Assembly: GCA_963826785.1 (NCBI GenBank)
Contig: CAWGYD010000001.1
Location: 512,001-576,000, forward strand
DNA: 64,000 nucleotides
Source: an uncultured delta proteobacterium
GTDB taxonomy: Bacteria; Desulfobacterota; Desulfobacteria; Desulfobacterales; Desulfosalsimonadaceae
Direction of reading: 5' to 3'
Made by a program: the position numbers and the translations under genes. Positions 9,677-18,258 of this stretch are shown in pieces. The stretch's first letter is position 1. Each line of letters begins with the position of its first letter. Below the pieces are notes generated by a model. The model saw only the letters and a list, made by a program, of their open reading frames with translations. It made no database searches and was not told the origin of the DNA.

Positions 9677-12600
9677 ACCAGTCCACCTCCCCGGCCTTTT
9701 TCACGATGATCACCTCGTCACGCTGGGCCCCGGTGGGGCCGTAATAGTTGAACCCGTAGCTGAACTGCGCATATCCGCCGATCATCTGGGTGGGCTTGAT
9801 CATGATCCGGGTCACGCTGTTGTGGGTGCCGCCCCGCTGGCCGGAGCGCTTCGACCCCGGCGTGTTGATCAGCCGTTCCTGGGCGTGGTACATGAACGCT
9901 TTTCCCCTGGGGATGCGGTGGCTGACCACCGCCTTGGCCATGACCACGCCGTTGACGTTGAAGCATTCGATCCAGTCGTTGTCGGCCACATCGATGGCGG
10001 CGGCATCCTCGCTGTTGATCCAGACCGCCTCGCCCCCCCGGAACAGGGTCAGCATCAGGAGGGTATCCGAGTAGGTGGAGTGGATCGACCACTTGGAATG
10101 GGGGGTGAGGTAGTTTAAGACGATATATTTTCCGCTCTCCCGGATGCCGGCGGTGGACCCCATGGCCCGGGTGTCCAGCGGCGGCTTGTACACGGGCAGG
10201 CTTTCCCCGAAATCGACCATCCAGGGGTGGTCCTGGTAAAACTGGGCCCGGCCCGTCAGGGTGCGAAAAGGGAGTTTCTGCTCGATATTGATGACAAAAG
10301 GGGAATATCTCCGGTTTTCCGCCTCGATGCCGCTCCAGGTGGGGGAGGTGAGGATCGCGCGCGGCTGGGCGGTGATGTCGGAAAAGGTGATCCGGTCGCC
10401 TTGCCGCTCGGCGCTGAGATGGGAAAGGGACAGCCCGCTGGTCTTTTCCACGCCGTGCCACGATTTGACCGAGGTCTTCCCGTTGGTCTCCGGGGCCATG
10501 GCTAAAATCACCTGCGCCGCGGCCTTGCCGGTATCGAGCCGGGGCATGCCGAAGCTGACCCCCGGTGCGGTGACCGTGCCGAGTTCATCCTTCAATGCCG
10601 CGTATTCGTCATCGGCCTTCCAGGAAACCCCCTTGGCCCCCATCCCTTTTTCGGCGCAGAGCGGCCCTAAAGCCGTATACATGTTGTAGGTGTTGGGGTA
10701 GTCCCGGTTCACCACGGTGAGGTTGGGCATGGTTTTTCCGGGGACGGGATCGCACTCCCCCTTTTTCCAGTCCCGGATTTCGGGCTGGGCGATTTCGCCC
10801 GGGGTGTCATGGGAAAGCGGTGTGGCCACCAGGTCTTTTTCCACCCCCAGATGCCCGGGGGCCAGCCGGGAGAACTTTTCGGCCAGGGTCTTGAATTGGT
10901 CCCAGTTGGTTTTGGATTCCCATGGCGGGTCGATGGCCGGGTTGAAGGGGTGGATGAACGGGTGCAGGTCGGTGGTGCTCAGGTCGTGCATCTCGTACCA
11001 GGAGGCGGCCGGCAGGACCACGTCGGCATACAGGGCCGAGGTGGACATGCGGATTTCAGATGTCACCAGCAGATCGAGTTTTCCCTCCGGGGCGGTCTCC
11101 GGCCACTCGATCTCCTGGGTGCGGTGCGCGCTTTCTTCATTGTTCACCGCGTTTTCCACCCCCAGCAGGTGCTTTAAGAAATATTCGTGCCCCTTGCCGC
11201 TGGCGCCCAGGACGTTGGCCCGCCAGAAAAACATCACCCGGGGAAAATTCTCCGGGCTGTCCGGGGCCTCGGCGGCAAACCGTAAGCTGCCCGATTTAAG
11301 TTGCCGGGTCACCTGCTCAATGATGGCATCATCGGTTTTTGCGCCGTCTTTTTGGGCCTGGCGGCACAGATCGATGGGGTTGCAGTCAAACTGGGGAAAC
11401 GATGGGAGCCAGCCCAGGCGCGCTGCCACGGCATTGTAGTCGGCCGGGTGCCGGTACAGGGGTGCGCGGCGCGCAGGGGGGGAAAGGGTGGTGGCATCCA
11501 GCGGGTCGTAGCGCCACTGGCCGGTGGCGAAATAAAAAAAAGAGGTCCCGTTCTGCTGCCGGGCCGGACGAACCCAGTCCAGGCCGAAGGCAACCTGCAT
11601 CCAAGAGGCGATGGGCCGGATCTTTTCCTGCCCCACGTAATGGGCCCACCCGCCGCCGTTGACCCCCTGGCAGCCGCACAGGGTGGTCAGGTTCAGAATG
11701 GCCCGGTAGGTCATGTCGCTGTGAAACCAATGGTTGGTTCCCGCGCCAACGAAAATCATGGCCCGGCCCCGGGTTTTCTCGGCGGTTTGGGCAAACTCCC
11801 GGGCCACCCGGACCGCATCTTTCGCGGCAACCCCGGTGATGGACTCCTGCCAGGCCGGAGTATACGGCTTTTTATCCTCATACCCGGAAGGATAACCGTC
11901 AAGATCGGCATCATCAGGAAAGCCGGAGGCGCCCGCTTTTGGACGGATGCCCAGGTTGGCCGCCATCAGGTCAAATACCGTGGCCACCCGGATATCGCCC
12001 CGGTCGGTCCGGACGGTTTTCACCGGCACGCACCCGGTCTTTTCTTCGATGCCGGAAAGGGCGAACACGGGAAATTTCAGATGCACCCACCCGTCGTTTT
12101 CCTCGGCAAAACTCAACAACGGGTCGATTGGCACCCCTGTGTCCGGGTGTTCGAGTTTTAAATTCCAGCGCCCCTCTTCGTTCCACCGGAATCCGATGCT
12201 GCCGTTGGGGACCACCGGCGATGCGGTATTCGCATCGAATATCACGGTTTTCCATTCGGCATGGTTGTCTTTTCGTCCCAGGTCTGCGGCCCGAAGGAAC
12301 CGGCCGGCTGCGTCGCCGCCCGTTTCGGCCGACTCGATCTTCACCAGGAAGGGAAGGTCCGTGTAGGTCTTGGCATACGGATAAAAGTAGTCGGATTGCC
12401 GGTCGATGAAAAATTCCTTGAAGACCACATGGGTCATGGCCATGGCCAGGGCCCCGTCCGTGCCGGCCTTGGCCGGCAGCCAGGTGTCGGCAAATTTCAC
12501 GTATTCCGCATAATCCGGTGAGACGGCCGCCACCTTCGTCCCCCGGTACCGGGCCTCGGTGTAAAAATGGGCGTCGGGGGTCCGGGTCTGGGGAAGATTG

Positions 12601-13391
12601 GTTCCCCACACGATCATGTAGTCGGCCCCGAACCAGTCCGCGCTCTCGGGCACGTCGGTCTGGTCCCCCCAGATCTGGGGCGAGGCCGGCGGCAGGTCGG
12701 CATACCAGTCATAGAAGCTGAGCATGGCCCCGCCGATGAGCGACAGGAACCGGGCGCCCGAGGCGTAGCAGACCATGGACATGGCCGGTATGGGGGTAAA
12801 TCCGAAGATCCGGTCCGGCCCGTAGGTCTTGATGGTGTGGATCAGCGACGCGGCCACCAGGGTGGCGGCCTCATCCCAGGAAACCCTGACCAGTCCGCCC
12901 TTGCCTCGGGCCTTCTGGTACAGCCGGATATTTTCCCGGTCGGCGGCAATGTGCGCCCAGGCCTCCACCGGGTCCGGGTGCGCCGCCAGGGCGGTGCGCC
13001 ACAGATTCAGAAGCTCCGAACGGATGTAGGGGTACTTGATCCGCACCGGGCTGTAAACATACCAGGAAAACGTGGTTCCCCGGGGGCAGCCCCGGGGTTC
13101 GTGGTCGGGCAGGGCCGCGCCGCAGCCCGGATAATCGGTCGCCTGCAGCTCCCAGACGATCACCCCGTTCTTGACATGGACCTCCCAGGAGCACGAACCG
13201 GTGCAGTTCACCCCGTGGGTGGATCGGACCTTTTTATCGAACTGCCAGCGGCTGCGGTAAAACGATTCCCATTCCCGCTGATCACAGCGCACCTCGGCCA
13301 GGCCATCGGCCAGATTTTCTTTTCTGCACGCGCGGTCTTTTCCGCGGGGGCGCAGGAACCGTAGTCTCGAAAATAAAGGGGTTCGCCTCAT
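9666..13391 (-). CDS. narG: respiratory nitrate reductase alpha subunit
   Basis: RSTHGVNCTGSCSW, EPRGCPRG, SFYDWYADLPPASPQ.WG.QTDVPES and GGYAQFSYGFNYYG; start chosen at ATG 13391 after GGAGG. Confidence 0.97.
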   Translation of the reverse strand: MRRTPLFSRLRFLRPRGKDRACRKENLADGLAEVRCDQREWESFYRSRWQFDKKVRSTHGVNCTGSCSWEVHVKNGVIVWELQATDYPGCGAALPDHEPRGCPRGTTFSWYVYSPVRIKYPYIRSELLNLWRTALAAHPDPVEAWAHIAADRENIRLYQKARGKGGLVRVSWDEAATLVAASLIHTIKTYGPDRIFGFTPIPAMSMVCYASGARFLSLIGGAMLSFYDWYADLPPASPQIWGDQTDVPESADWFGADYMIVWGTNLPQTRTPDAHFYTEARYRGTKVAAVSPDYAEYVKFADTWLPAKAGTDGALAMAMTHVVFKEFFIDRQSDYFYPYAKTYTDLPFLVKIESAETGGDAAGRFLRAADLGRKDNHAEWKTVIFDANTASPVVPNGSIGFRWNEEGRWNLKLEHPDTGVPIDPLLSFAEENDGWVHLKFPVFALSGIEEKTGCVPVKTVRTDRGDIRVATVFDLMAANLGIRPKAGASGFPDDADLDGYPSGYEDKKPYTPAWQESITGVAAKDAVRVAREFAQTAEKTRGRAMIFVGAGTNHWFHSDMTYRAILNLTTLCGCQGVNGGGWAHYVGQEKIRPIASWMQVAFGLDWVRPARQQNGTSFFYFATGQWRYDPLDATTLSPPARRAPLYRHPADYNAVAARLGWLPSFPQFDCNPIDLCRQAQKDGAKTDDAIIEQVTRQLKSGSLRFAAEAPDSPENFPRVMFFWRANVLGASGKGHEYFLKHLLGVENAVNNEESAHRTQEIEWPETAPEGKLDLLVTSEIRMSTSALYADVVLPAASWYEMHDLSTTDLHPFIHPFNPAIDPPWESKTNWDQFKTLAEKFSRLAPGHLGVEKDLVATPLSHDTPGEIAQPEIRDWKKGECDPVPGKTMPNLTVVNRDYPNTYNMYTALGPLCAEKGMGAKGVSWKADDEYAALKDELGTVTAPGVSFGMPRLDTGKAAAQVILAMAPETNGKTSVKSWHGVEKTSGLSLSHLSAERQGDRITFSDITAQPRAILTSPTWSGIEAENRRYSPFVINIEQKLPFRTLTGRAQFYQDHPWMVDFGESLPVYKPPLDTRAMGSTAGIRESGKYIVLNYLTPHSKWSIHSTYSDTLLMLTLFRGGEAVWINSEDAAAIDVADNDWIECFNVNGVVMAKAVVSHRIPRGKAFMYHAQERLINTPGSKRSGQRGGTHNSVTRIMIKPTQMIGGYAQFSYGFNYYGPTGAQRDEVIIVKKAGEVDWYED

Positions 13392-13644
13392 CCGGCCTCC
13401 GTGATGCGGTTTTTGATTGCGGCATTTTGATAACAAAGAATGCGGTTTGCAAAAAAAGTTGTCAAACCGGAGAGAAGAGGCGTAGTTTATTTGATCGGAT
13501 CATAAATATCTTGTTCCCGGTTGTCTTTGCGCGAAGAACTTTTTGAAAGTGGATAAAAAGAAGCAAAGCGAATCGACATCATAACCTTTTTTACTTCTGG
13601 CTCCTTTTTCGATCCGTGGGAATTGGAAACGCAGGGAAAACATC

Positions 13645-15000
13645 ATGAACCCATCAAACGAACAAACGGATGTGGTATTGGTTTACCCGTACTATTACAC
13701 GCATGCCCTCAAGGCCATGCTGTTTCATCCGCTGGGAATCGCCCAGTTGGCCGCGCTGCTGCGCGAAAGGGGCATTTCCACCCGGGTGGTCGACTGCACC
13801 TTTCTGGACAGGGATTCGGCGATCGCCTCAGTTGCGGCGGCCCGGCCGAAAATCGTGGGCATTTACATCATGCTGTCCATGTCGGCAAACGCCCTGGCGC
13901 TTGCGGCGGCCCTTCGAGACCGCCTTCCCGGAGCCGCAATCGTCTGCGGAGGACCGCTTCCCACTTTGCGCCCCGAAGTTTTTTCGCCGGTATTCGATAT
14001 GGTTTTCCGGGGGGAGGCGGCCCAATCGTTTCCGGATTTCTGCGCCGATTACCTGGCGGAAACGCAGCCGAATGCGGATTTCGCATCCGTTATTGACGAG
14101 CCGACCCGATATCCGGGAATCTATCGGCGGCAGCCCGGCGGCGGGATTGTTTCATCCCCATCCCGGCATTCCGATGAAGACCAGATCAATCTACTGCCGA
14201 AACCGGATCGCAGCGATTATCCCCATGCGGCTTACCAGCGCTTCTGGCGCGATGCGCAGGGATTTTCCCTTGCCGGCATCATGACCACTTACGGCTGCCC
14301 GTATCACTGCGATTTCTGTTCAAAACCGATTTACGGGAATATCCTGCGGCGGCGATCCATGGACCGCATTTTCGAAGAGATCGCCGACATCAAACAACGG
14401 GGATACGACGGACTGTGGATCGCCGATGACTGCTTCAGCATCGACCCGGGCCATGTCCGGGCTTTCTGCCGTCGGCTGATTTCGGAAAAACTCGACATGA
14501 AATGGTTCTGCCTGGCCCGGGTGGACGGCATCTCTTCGGCCGACATCGGCCTGTGGGAGGCGGCGGGCTGCAAAAAGGTGTTTTTCGGACTGGAATCCGG
14601 GGACAACCGGGTGCTTTCTCTGATGAACAAGAAGACCACCACCGAAATGGCGGAGCGCACGCTTGACCGGTTTGCCAAAAGCGGCATCGATACCGCCGGG
14701 TTCTTTATCGTGGGATACCCCGGCGAAACCCACGAGAGCATCGAGACCACCTTTACGTGGGCGCTTTCCCTCCCGCTGGATGAAATCTCTTTTTCCGTTC
14801 CGTACCCGCTTCCCGGCACGCCCCTCCATGACCGGGTCGTCCTTTCCGGAAACCAAGCCGACTGGAACTACGAAAACGAAAACAAGATGGTCTATGCCTC
14901 GGATTTCGATGAATCCTACCTGAAAGCCCGAATCGATTCGGCATATGCCGAATTTGCGGCCCGGCGCCAAAAGCGGCCGACTGCGGGAACCCGCCGATAA
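13645..15000 (+). CDS. B12-binding-domain radical SAM protein (class B-like)
   Basis: HPLGIAQLAA, IVCGGPLPT, GCPYHCDFC (CxxxCxxC), IADDCF, FGLESG and FIVGYPGET. Confidence 0.9.
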   Translation: MNPSNEQTDVVLVYPYYYTHALKAMLFHPLGIAQLAALLRERGISTRVVDCTFLDRDSAIASVAAARPKIVGIYIMLSMSANALALAAALRDRLPGAAIVCGGPLPTLRPEVFSPVFDMVFRGEAAQSFPDFCADYLAETQPNADFASVIDEPTRYPGIYRRQPGGGIVSSPSRHSDEDQINLLPKPDRSDYPHAAYQRFWRDAQGFSLAGIMTTYGCPYHCDFCSKPIYGNILRRRSMDRIFEEIADIKQRGYDGLWIADDCFSIDPGHVRAFCRRLISEKLDMKWFCLARVDGISSADIGLWEAAGCKKVFFGLESGDNRVLSLMNKKTTTEMAERTLDRFAKSGIDTAGFFIVGYPGETHESIETTFTWALSLPLDEISFSVPYPLPGTPLHDRVVLSGNQADWNYENENKMVYASDFDESYLKARIDSAYAEFAARRQKRPTAGTRR

Positions 15001-15800
15001 TGATCCACAGGCTCGGGTTGCCGGATGGATTGTACCTGGTTCATTCCGATCAGCCGGGAGAAGGCAAAACCCGGGGCATGGCCAAAGGGCCGCACCTGGG
15101 GTGTGGCCATACCCTGTTTGCCGGCGGATCATCGGGTTTCGGACTTCCGGTCTTAAAGACGCCGGGACGGACGGTCTTTTCGTCCCTGCACGCCATCTCC
15201 CGGCCGGCACCGGACTGCCTTGAAATCGTCTATGATGTAAACCGGATCGTTTCATGGCATTTCCTGGGCGTAAAAACCCCGTCGATTTTTTCCGAGGTTC
15301 TGGAGAAATTGACGGATGGGTACATGAAAGTCCCCGGATGCCAGCAGGGCCTGCTGATGATCCGCAACCGGCTGTTTCAGCTTTTTCGGATTAAAAGCCG
15401 CATGGCAAAAGACCGCAGCCGGGGCCTTTGTCGGGTGACCTGCCGGACTGAAACCGGGAAACTGGCGATCCGGGTGGACGGCAGGGACCTGGCGGGCACA
15501 GGAGAATTGATCCTGTTAAACGAGGCGGCGGGAAACGCCTTTACCCGGCTGCGGATCAACGGCCGGATCTATGACGATCATCAGATTCCCGCCTGGATTT
15601 CCTGCCCCCTGGCCGCCCGTTTTGAAAATCCGGATGCCGGCGTGGGCTTTGGGGTTGATTTTCCGGACAAGGAGCCGGGAAAATTCCGGTTGGATGCCGG
15701 CCGGGAAGTCGGCCGGGGGCTGAACTGGGCCGGATTTGCGCTGACCATGGGCCGGCGCGCCTTTGCCTACCAGGTCCATTTTGACACCGATCGATGCTGA
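15000..15800 (+). CDS. hypothetical protein, translationally coupled to the radical SAM gene
   Basis: TAATG stop/start overlap at 14998-15002; 266 aa; no family recognised. Confidence 0.65.
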   Translation: MIHRLGLPDGLYLVHSDQPGEGKTRGMAKGPHLGCGHTLFAGGSSGFGLPVLKTPGRTVFSSLHAISRPAPDCLEIVYDVNRIVSWHFLGVKTPSIFSEVLEKLTDGYMKVPGCQQGLLMIRNRLFQLFRIKSRMAKDRSRGLCRVTCRTETGKLAIRVDGRDLAGTGELILLNEAAGNAFTRLRINGRIYDDHQIPAWISCPLAARFENPDAGVGFGVDFPDKEPGKFRLDAGREVGRGLNWAGFALTMGRRAFAYQVHFDTDRC

Positions 15801-15872
15801 TGGATACGCAACGCATTGCCTCCCGACCCGGCCGCCCCGCCCGCCCCGCCTGCACCGTCCGCACCCCCTTTT

Positions 15873-16110
15873 TTTTTATTCCCCCTCGAGGGGACTCCCC
15901 ATTTTTCACTCCCCCTTCGAGGGGACTTCTCGATTTTTTATTACTCCCTCAAGGGAACCACCCCCTTTTCATTCCCCCCTCAAGGGAACCACCCCCTTTT
16001 CATTCCCCCCTCAAGGGAACCACCTCCTTTTCATTCCCACCTCGAGGGAGCCACCTCCTTTTTACTCTCTCCTCGAGGGGATCTCCCCCTTTTTATTCCC
16101 CCCTCGAGGG
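15873..16110. repeat. tandem array of about eight ~31-bp REP-like units
   Basis: Units like TTTTCATTCCCCCCTCAAGGGAACCACCCCC repeated head to tail, with no unique spacers. Confidence 0.9.
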
Positions 16111-16583
16111 CATAGGCGCTAACTTAATGACCGATGCAATATCTTCTAATTTGTCGTTCCTCTTAAGAGCGTCATTCCGGCAGTCTTTAAGCCGGAATCC
16201 AGGAAGACGAAATGAACAGGCAACCAGCGGTATACATTCTTGCAAATAAAAGAAACGGCACCCTTTATATCGGTGTGACCTCCGACCTCATCAAGCGAGT
16301 TTGGGAACATAGAAACAATTTCGTGGAAGGGTTCACCAAAAAGTATGGAGTCCATTTTTTGGTTTGGTATGAGCTTCATGGAAGTATGGAATCTGCTATC
16401 CAGCGAGAGAAACGATTGAAAGACTGGAAACGAAAGTGGAAAATGCATTTGATTGAGAGAACGAATCCCGATTGGGAGGATTTGTATCCCGCAATCATTT
16501 AGATGGATTCCGGCTAAAAGACTGCCGGAATGACATAAAGGATGATTACGGGGGGGATACTATGCGTTAAGTCAGCGCTTATG
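16111..16583. mobile_element. non-autonomous IS4/IS231-like insertion cassette (473 bp) carrying a GIY-YIG gene
   Basis: 17-bp TIRs CATAGGCGCTAACTTAA / CATAAGCGCTGACTTAA (15/17); flanking 11-bp direct repeat CCCCTCGAGGG at 16100-16110 and 16584-16594; no transposase inside. Confidence 0.8.
16212..16502 (+). CDS. small GIY-YIG nuclease (UPF0213/YhbQ-like)
   Basis: AVYILANKRNGTLYIGVTSDLIKRVWEH...AIQREKRLKDWKRKWK.HLIE..NPDWEDL. Confidence 0.92.
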   Translation: MNRQPAVYILANKRNGTLYIGVTSDLIKRVWEHRNNFVEGFTKKYGVHFLVWYELHGSMESAIQREKRLKDWKRKWKMHLIERTNPDWEDLYPAII

Positions 16584-16675
16584 CCCCTCGAGGGGGGGGC
16601 AGGGGGGGTGTTCGGACCGGCGAAAAAAACTTATTTTAAACCCTTGTCGAGTTGAGGCCCTTGAAAGGAGCGACC

Positions 16676-17825
16676 ATGCCGTTTGATTTCTTCCTGATGT
16701 TGAAGATGCTGTTCAAGTCCGTGGTCTCCTACCGGGCCACCGGTTTGAAATTTACCCCCCAGCGGATCGCCTTCACCCTCTTTTTCCCGGTGATGTTTTT
16801 GTTCCAGGAACTGATCACCTGGGCCTGTCTGCTGCTCGATGACCAGATCTACCCCGACTACCGGAAGGTCGAGGTGAACCGTCCCCTGTTCATCGTGGGA
16901 TTTCCCCGAAGCGGAACCACTTACCTGCACCGGCTCATCGACAGTGATCCGCAGTTCACCGCGTTGAAGATGTGGGAGTTGATGTTTGCTCCCTCGATTC
17001 TTCAGAAGAAGTTTTTTCTGGCCCTGGGCAGACTGGACCGCAGAATCGGACATCCCCTTTACCGGATGGTGTTGAAATTCGAAGACAAAGCGTTTGCCGG
17101 GTCCCGCAAGATGCACCGGATCAGCCATTTCGAGGCGGAAGAAGACGAACTTATCCTGCTTCACATCTTTTCTTCGGCATTTCTGTTTTTCATGTTTCCT
17201 TTTGACGAGATGAAGCGGTTCACGCATTTCGACACGGATGTGCCCGCCCGCCGGCGCCGGGCGATTATGCGCTTTCTATAAAAAATGCGTACAGCGGCAT
17301 TTGTTCATGTTCGGCCCGGAAAAGATCTTTTTATCCAAGAACCCGGCTGGCAGCGGTAAAATCGAATCCCTCTATGAGACGTTTCCCGATGCGAAAATCG
17401 TGTGCATGGTGCGAAACCCGCTGGATGCCGTGCCCTCTGCCATCAGCTGGATGTCCTACGGGTTCAATACGTTCAATACCGATGAAAAACCCTACCAGAC
17501 AAAGCGGATCATGTCCGCCATTTCCCACTGGTACGCCTATCCCCTCATGCGGCTGGATTTAAGGGATGCGCATCAGCAGGCGATAAAAATCTACGATGCG
17601 CTGGTTTCCGATCCCGCCCCCTTTGTCAGAGGTCTCTATGAGCGGTTCGGGTATACTCTCTCCGGTGATTTTGAGGTGTTTTTAGCCAAAGAATCGGAAA
17701 AAGCGAAAAGTTATAAAAGCGGCCACGACTATTCCCTTGATCAGTTCGGCCTGACCCGTGAGCAGGTCGTGTCTGATTTTGCGCCGGTTTTTGAGCGGTT
17801 TGGTTTTCCGGAAAGGCAGGTTTAG
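16676..17825 (+). pseudogene. sulfotransferase-family protein, split by a frameshift near 17275 (pseudogene or sequence error)
   Basis: PLFIVGFPRSGTTYLHRL (5'-PSB loop) in the first ORF; LSKNP and VRNPLDAVPSAIS in the second; removing one T in CGCTTTCTATAAA restores RFYKKCVQRH. Confidence 0.75.
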
Positions 17826-17985
17826 ACGCCTGTAATCCCTATCATCGGCAAATATATCCGAATTCATGATGAATTTGCGCTTGATAAACAAGCCTTTTGT
17901 TTTATTATTTCCAAGTTCCCCCGTTGTTTACCCGCAACCGATTCAATAACTTATATTTCATACCGCAGCTGGTCTGGACAGCGGA

Positions 17986-18228
17986 CCCGATGTGGTGGTG
18001 ATGGATGTCTCCATACCGAAGATGGACGGCGCAGAGTCCACCCGCCGGATCAAGGCCGAATTGCCCCAGGTGCGGGGAATTGCTTTATCCATGTTTGATG
18101 GTCAATATGTGCATAAAAGAATGGCTTTTGCAGGAGCGGAGACATTTGTCAGTAAAAATTCATCTTCGGATGACTTGCTCAAGGCGATTTTTGGCGAATC
18201 CAGCCCGAACCCAAAGGGAAATTCTTGA
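17986..18228 (+). pseudogene. truncated receiver-domain remnant, paralogous to the REC domain of the downstream kinase
   Basis: PDVVVMDVSIPKMDGAESTRRIKAELP vs PDVVVMDFSMPKMDGAQATRLIKAEMP at about 20176; the N-terminal half of REC is absent. Confidence 0.7.
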
Positions 18229-18258
18229 GAATTCTGAATCTGGAAAATTTTAGATAAA

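Noticed and set aside
13340..13391. Functional Tat signal on NarG (periplasmic Nar/Nxr type)
   Set aside because: MRRTPLFSRLRFL lacks an h-region and resembles the vestigial NarG leader; narI and narK indicate a cytoplasm-facing enzyme.
13488..13505. FNR box upstream of narG
   Set aside because: TTGATCGGATCATAA does not fit TTGAT-N4-ATCAA spacing; too weak to call.
13645..15000. Activating enzyme for the GRE
   Set aside because: It has an N-terminal B12-binding domain and class B radical SAM layout, not the GRE-activase architecture.
15873..16110. Possible CRISPR array
   Set aside because: Units are contiguous ~31-bp tandem repeats with no unique spacers, and no cas genes are present.
15763..16249. 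Pro/Phe-rich ORFs across the repeat array (also 320..508, 4790..5092, 20503..20965, 21690..22124)
   Set aside because: They are translations of the palindromic repeats, not plausible proteins.
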